Positions 59,850 to 64,000 of a stretch of DNA of 64,000 nt are shown here, piece by piece. The translations under genes and the position numbers were made by a program. The notes beneath the pieces are model-generated. The model made no database searches, had not been told where the DNA came from, and saw nothing but the letters and a program-made list of their open reading frames with translations. The first letter of the stretch is position 1. Each line of letters starts with the position of its first letter. The stretch comes from Eledone cirrhosa (Eukaryota). The DNA is taken from NCBI GenBank assembly GCA_964016885.1, contig OZ024743.1:364374001-364438000 (forward strand), given 5' to 3'.

Positions 59850-61350
59850 TCGTCATCATGTAACATCCATTTTCCTTACTAGCAAGGGTTGGACAAATTG
59901 TCAAATCACACCTGTATCACACCATCAAAGCCACTGACCTCTCAAATGAGCTGGGGCCTTGTTTCTCACTTGTGTTACCACACTCTGCAAAGTGCATTTT
60001 ATCAGGGCACCAACACTAAGGAGGTTGTCATGTCTTCTACACAACTATCAAGTCCTCTTCAGTTTTCTACTGCAGAATGCCCTTTTTATCACCAACTTTA
60101 CAGAGTGTACTAAATACATTTATTGTGTAGATCACCAACACTAAAAAGATTGTCGCGCCCTTGACACAAGTGAAGAATCCTTTCAACCCTTTTTGGCATG
60201 GTTTCTTTGGCTAGAAGCCCTTCCTAACACTAATCACTTTACAGAGTATACTGGATGTGTTTTATTGTGGTACTGGCACTAGGTAGGTTGTAAGTCATTG
60301 ACTCGATTGAAGTGCCCTTCCTTCTCTGTGGAGGAAAGGATAGGAAGTATGCCATGCATGAGGAGCAATGGATGGGCAGATGGCAAATATAATGTCATGG
60401 GTGTATGAGGAATGTGGTGGGAATTGACAAGGTGATGAGAGGGAAGAGAAAAATGATCCTGGATAGAGATGATACAAATAACTACTAAGATGTTATGACT
60501 AGTGCATTTGGATTTAAACATGTTGGAGGTAATTCTGAGCTGAGTGGAAGTAGGGTGTGGTGTACAGCGATGGGGAGGATAGCTATAAGGAATGCTAGTG
60601 GAGGAGGCACATGGATGTGTGTGGGTCTTCTCCAGTACAGCATGTCTCCAATTCTTGCAGTACTTCATCATCTCCATTGTCAAGTTTATCTTCTAAAGTC
60701 AGACTTCACCACTACATCTTATGTCTTAGGTCTGCCTCTTCCACAAGTCCCATCTACTGAGAGACTTCTCTGCACTTCTTTATACAGCTGCCATGTTCCA
60801 TATGTATCACATGTCCATACCAATGCAGCCTACTCTCTTGCGTAATATACCGGATTCATCTTAAGTCTAGTTTTTCTCTTAGTTCATTTATGCTGCCACA
60901 TTCATGCCCAAACATTACACATCTACTGGATTATATTAGCTTCATTCTGTTCTAGCTTTCACAGATCTTTTGCAATCAAAGCCTATGTCTTGCTGCCATG
61001 CAGTATTGTAGTCCATATATAGGCATCATACAGTCTACTCATCATTCTGAAAGAGAAACCCTTAGTTAACAGTGGTACTAGCTTCCCGAACCTCTTCCAT
61101 CCTGTTCTTACACTTTCAGAGTATCCTTCCCTACTACTGATTATGTCACCTAGGTAACAAAAATAATTCACAACCTCTAGAGAGCTTTCCAGGCACTTAG
61201 GGATTCTATTCCACATGTGCTCTTAGTGCTTATTTTTCCTTCACATCTACATACAAAGTCTATATTCTCTGTTGGTTTTCCCGTAACCCTGCTACATCTA
61301 GTGTGCATCCATAGATTACACTGAATGTACTTTAGAGTTCCTGCCCATCC
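59850..61350 (-). mobile_element. Degenerate RTE LINE 3' part
   Basis: FCYLGD...LYDAYIWTTILHGSKT, 3'UTR and tail. Confidence 0.8.
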
Positions 61351-62159
61351 ATTTTCAAGGTAATTTGGCCCAGAGTCTAGTCCAATGACAAAAGTTGCTT
61401 GCTGACATGAACTTGCCTTTCTAGATGCAGAGTTGCAAAATAATTTGAAATAATAACATTGAGACAGGCTACATCACCCTGCATGTGTTAGTAACCCACA
61501 TTTCAATTGCAGAGGCCTTTGATAAATTTATCCAGTAAGAAAGATATTTTAAGCTTATGAAATGAGCTGAGATAATAAAATGAATTTATTTTATTAAAGC
61601 AGTGGGTTACAATGGTGAAATAGAGAGGCCTGAAATTACAAAAGAGTAAGCTGAAGACGGTACTATTCAAGGAGCAAAAGGTTTCATTGCACTAGCAACA
61701 AAAACAAATATACTCAGTGAACAACACCTTTGACAGCCTGTTAATGACTAATAGTCTGCTTAGTAGTATCAAAATATTGTAAATTTCCTGTATCATTTGC
61801 AGAAGCTATTAGAGATGGTTTTTACTAAGGCAGTATGCTAAAGTTTTGCCTTGTTTCATAAAACTGAGAAAACCTCACATTGCAGAATGATGATTCTGCA
61901 GACAAGCTGGATGAGTACACTCTATGGACTGCATTACAAAAATTAACATAATCCTTGTTTGCTGTGAATGGCAAATTAACTTCAATTCTAGTTTTTGCTG
62001 TGGATCAAAAACCTTACAAGATATATAATAAACAATAGTATCAGTAGTATTGTTCTGTCAAACATCTAATCAGGAATTTGTTTTTGTCACCGTAAATCTA
62101 TACAACCAACAATCATTTATTCATAATAATAGTGAATTGTTATTGATCCATGTGTGTGT

Positions 62160-62300
62160 ATGTGTATGGAGGGGGAACATTAGGTGTAGTGTTGGCGAAT
62201 CTCGGGAAGCATGGAGGTTTTAAAGGATGCAGTGTCTCAACAGCTAACAACTGATGCAGGTAGTTTGTTCCATGCTTCAGCAACTCTGAGCGTGAAAAAA
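62160..62300 (-). mobile_element. CR1/L2-type LINE 3' end
   Basis: FFTLRVAEAWNKLPASVV..ASFK; a related tail piece lies at about 47220-47330. Confidence 0.6.
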
Positions 62301-62479
62301 TCTGTGTGTGCATGGGATATTTATGTATTAAAAAGTTCAAATTATGGAAATTTGTTAAAAATATTTTCAAAGGAATGCATAAATAACACCAATGATGATG
62401 TAATAAATGTAGAATGTTTTGTCAGTAATATAATAAAAGCCGTGTGTATTTATCCATCACAAACTAAAGATAACTGACG

Positions 62480-62572
62480 AAGAAAGGGGTGATTATGTCG
62501 ACTAAGAAGGAAGGGGTGATGACGTTGACTGAATAAGGAAGGGGTGATGACGTTGACTGAATAAGGAAAGGG
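62480..62572. repeat. Three tandem copies of a unit of about 28 bp, GAAGGGGTGATGACGTTGACTGAATAAG
   Basis: Directly visible. Confidence 0.85.
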
Positions 62573-62689
62573 TGGCAGCATTTAACATTTGCTACACCTA
62601 TGTGTGTATATGTAAAGCAAATTGGATACACACATTGGCTGTTATGATTATGTGAATGTGTGTGTTTGTGTAAATTATATTTATATATA

Positions 62690-63490
62690 ATATTTGGAAT
62701 AAACTCTATAGAATGTACACAATGCAGATCTTGGGTACACAAGAGGTATAGTGGGATAGCAGGAAAACTAACAGGAAGGGAAAACTTCATATGCAGTAGA
62801 TGTTCAGGGAAATTTGATAGTAAAAGTGGCAGTGATAGGCACATTTTTCAAATGCAGGTAGGATCTATAGAGGTGGTTGATAGCTTCCGATACCTAGGTG
62901 ATCAGATTAGCAAGGGAGGAGGATGCTCCAAGGAAATAGTATCTAAAAATAAGGACAGAATGGAAGAAGTTTAGGGAGCTGCTTCCTCTATTGACAACAA
63001 AGAGTTTCTCCTATGAATGAAAGGTTGGTTATATGATGCCTATGTGAGATAAGTGATGCTGCATGGTAGTGAGACAAGGGCACCAACTGAGGAGGATGTG
63101 ACGGCTGGAGAGAAATGAAGCAAACATGCCCCGATGGATGTGCAATATCAATGTGCATGAACGACCAAGCATAGACGAGTTGAGAGTGAAACTATGTATA
63201 AAAGGAATAAACTGTACAGTGCATGAGAAAAGACTGCGTTGGTATGGCCATGTGATGTGCATGGAAGATGACAACTGAGTGAAGAAGTGCCAAGAAATCC
63301 TGGTGGAAGGAAAACGCAGTAGAGAAGACCACGAAAAACATGAGCAGAGGTAGTGAGAGCTGACGTCAGATTGCTGAAGCTCACAAAGGAGACGACGAAG
63401 GACCGTGACGAATAGAGAGATGCTGTGCTGAAAAGGACCTGTCCCACCCTTGCAAGCAAGGAAAAGCGGACATAAAACGAGGATGATGAT
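62690..63490 (+). mobile_element. 5'-truncated degenerate RTE LINE
   Basis: CTQCRSWVHKR..CSRC, VDSFRYLG and (GAT)n tail. Confidence 0.88.
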
Positions 63491-64000
63491 TTGTGTGAGT
63501 GTATATGTGTTTGTGTGTGTTTATTTAGAAAGATACACAATAGAATAGACAATAGAATTACAAACACACATGAATCTACACATATATATAAAGACACACT
63601 GAGAAAAAATAATTATTACATACACACACATCTATGCGATGACTAAGGAAGGAGAGGGGTGAGAAACTATAGAAATCCAGCGTTCTAAGATTTGTCACAG
63701 CTGTGTGTGTGTATGTTTGTATCACTTGTGTGAGTGAGCGCAAAGGAACCAACCAGCCAGCCAACCAATAAACAAACAAACAAACAAACTCTTTTTTTAT
63801 ATTATGTATAGATATTACAATTAACCATCATTTTTAACAGCACAAAGCCAGATAGTTGTATAATAATCACTCGTGATATTTTAGCACATTATTTACCTAC
63901 AATTTAAAATTGGTAAAACTTGGTAAAATATTTACCATTGATTCTTTTGTCACATGTTTCTCAGCTTATATTCCAGTATATATGGTAAATTATACTCCAA

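Noticed and set aside
61340-62050. Possible ancient LTR-element integrase remnant
   Set aside because: Too degenerate to support a call by eye.

Overview
Eukaryotic, AT-rich, repeat-dominated genomic DNA, most likely from a coleoid cephalopod (octopus-like). This attribution is inferred from the RTE LINEs with (GAT)n tails, the tRNA-derived SINE families and the long (TA)n/(CA)n microsatellites. Two host genes can be read on the minus strand. The first is the 5' part of a USP35/USP38-like deubiquitinase (coding exons 3051-2134 and 1684-1583, continuing off the left edge). The second is a complete 10-coding-exon, 238-aa Lifeguard/TMBIM (Bax inhibitor-1 family) gene spread over 57166-32435. The rest is mostly transposable elements: more than 12 RTE-clade LINE copies (one with a 949-aa open ORF), a degenerate Ty3/Gypsy element, CR1, Penelope, CRE-like, Hero-like, Merlin, Helitron-like and Tigger-like remnants, and SINEs. 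The most notable observations are a PHD-type zinc finger inserted inside the RTE reverse transcriptase, several hammerhead-ribozyme folds with variant cores inside inverted repeats, large fold-back structures (candidate ADAR substrates), degenerate duplicated start segments forming uORFs before the USP gene, and a stop-containing pseudo-exon in the Lifeguard gene. All calls were made by eye. TE boundaries are approximate.
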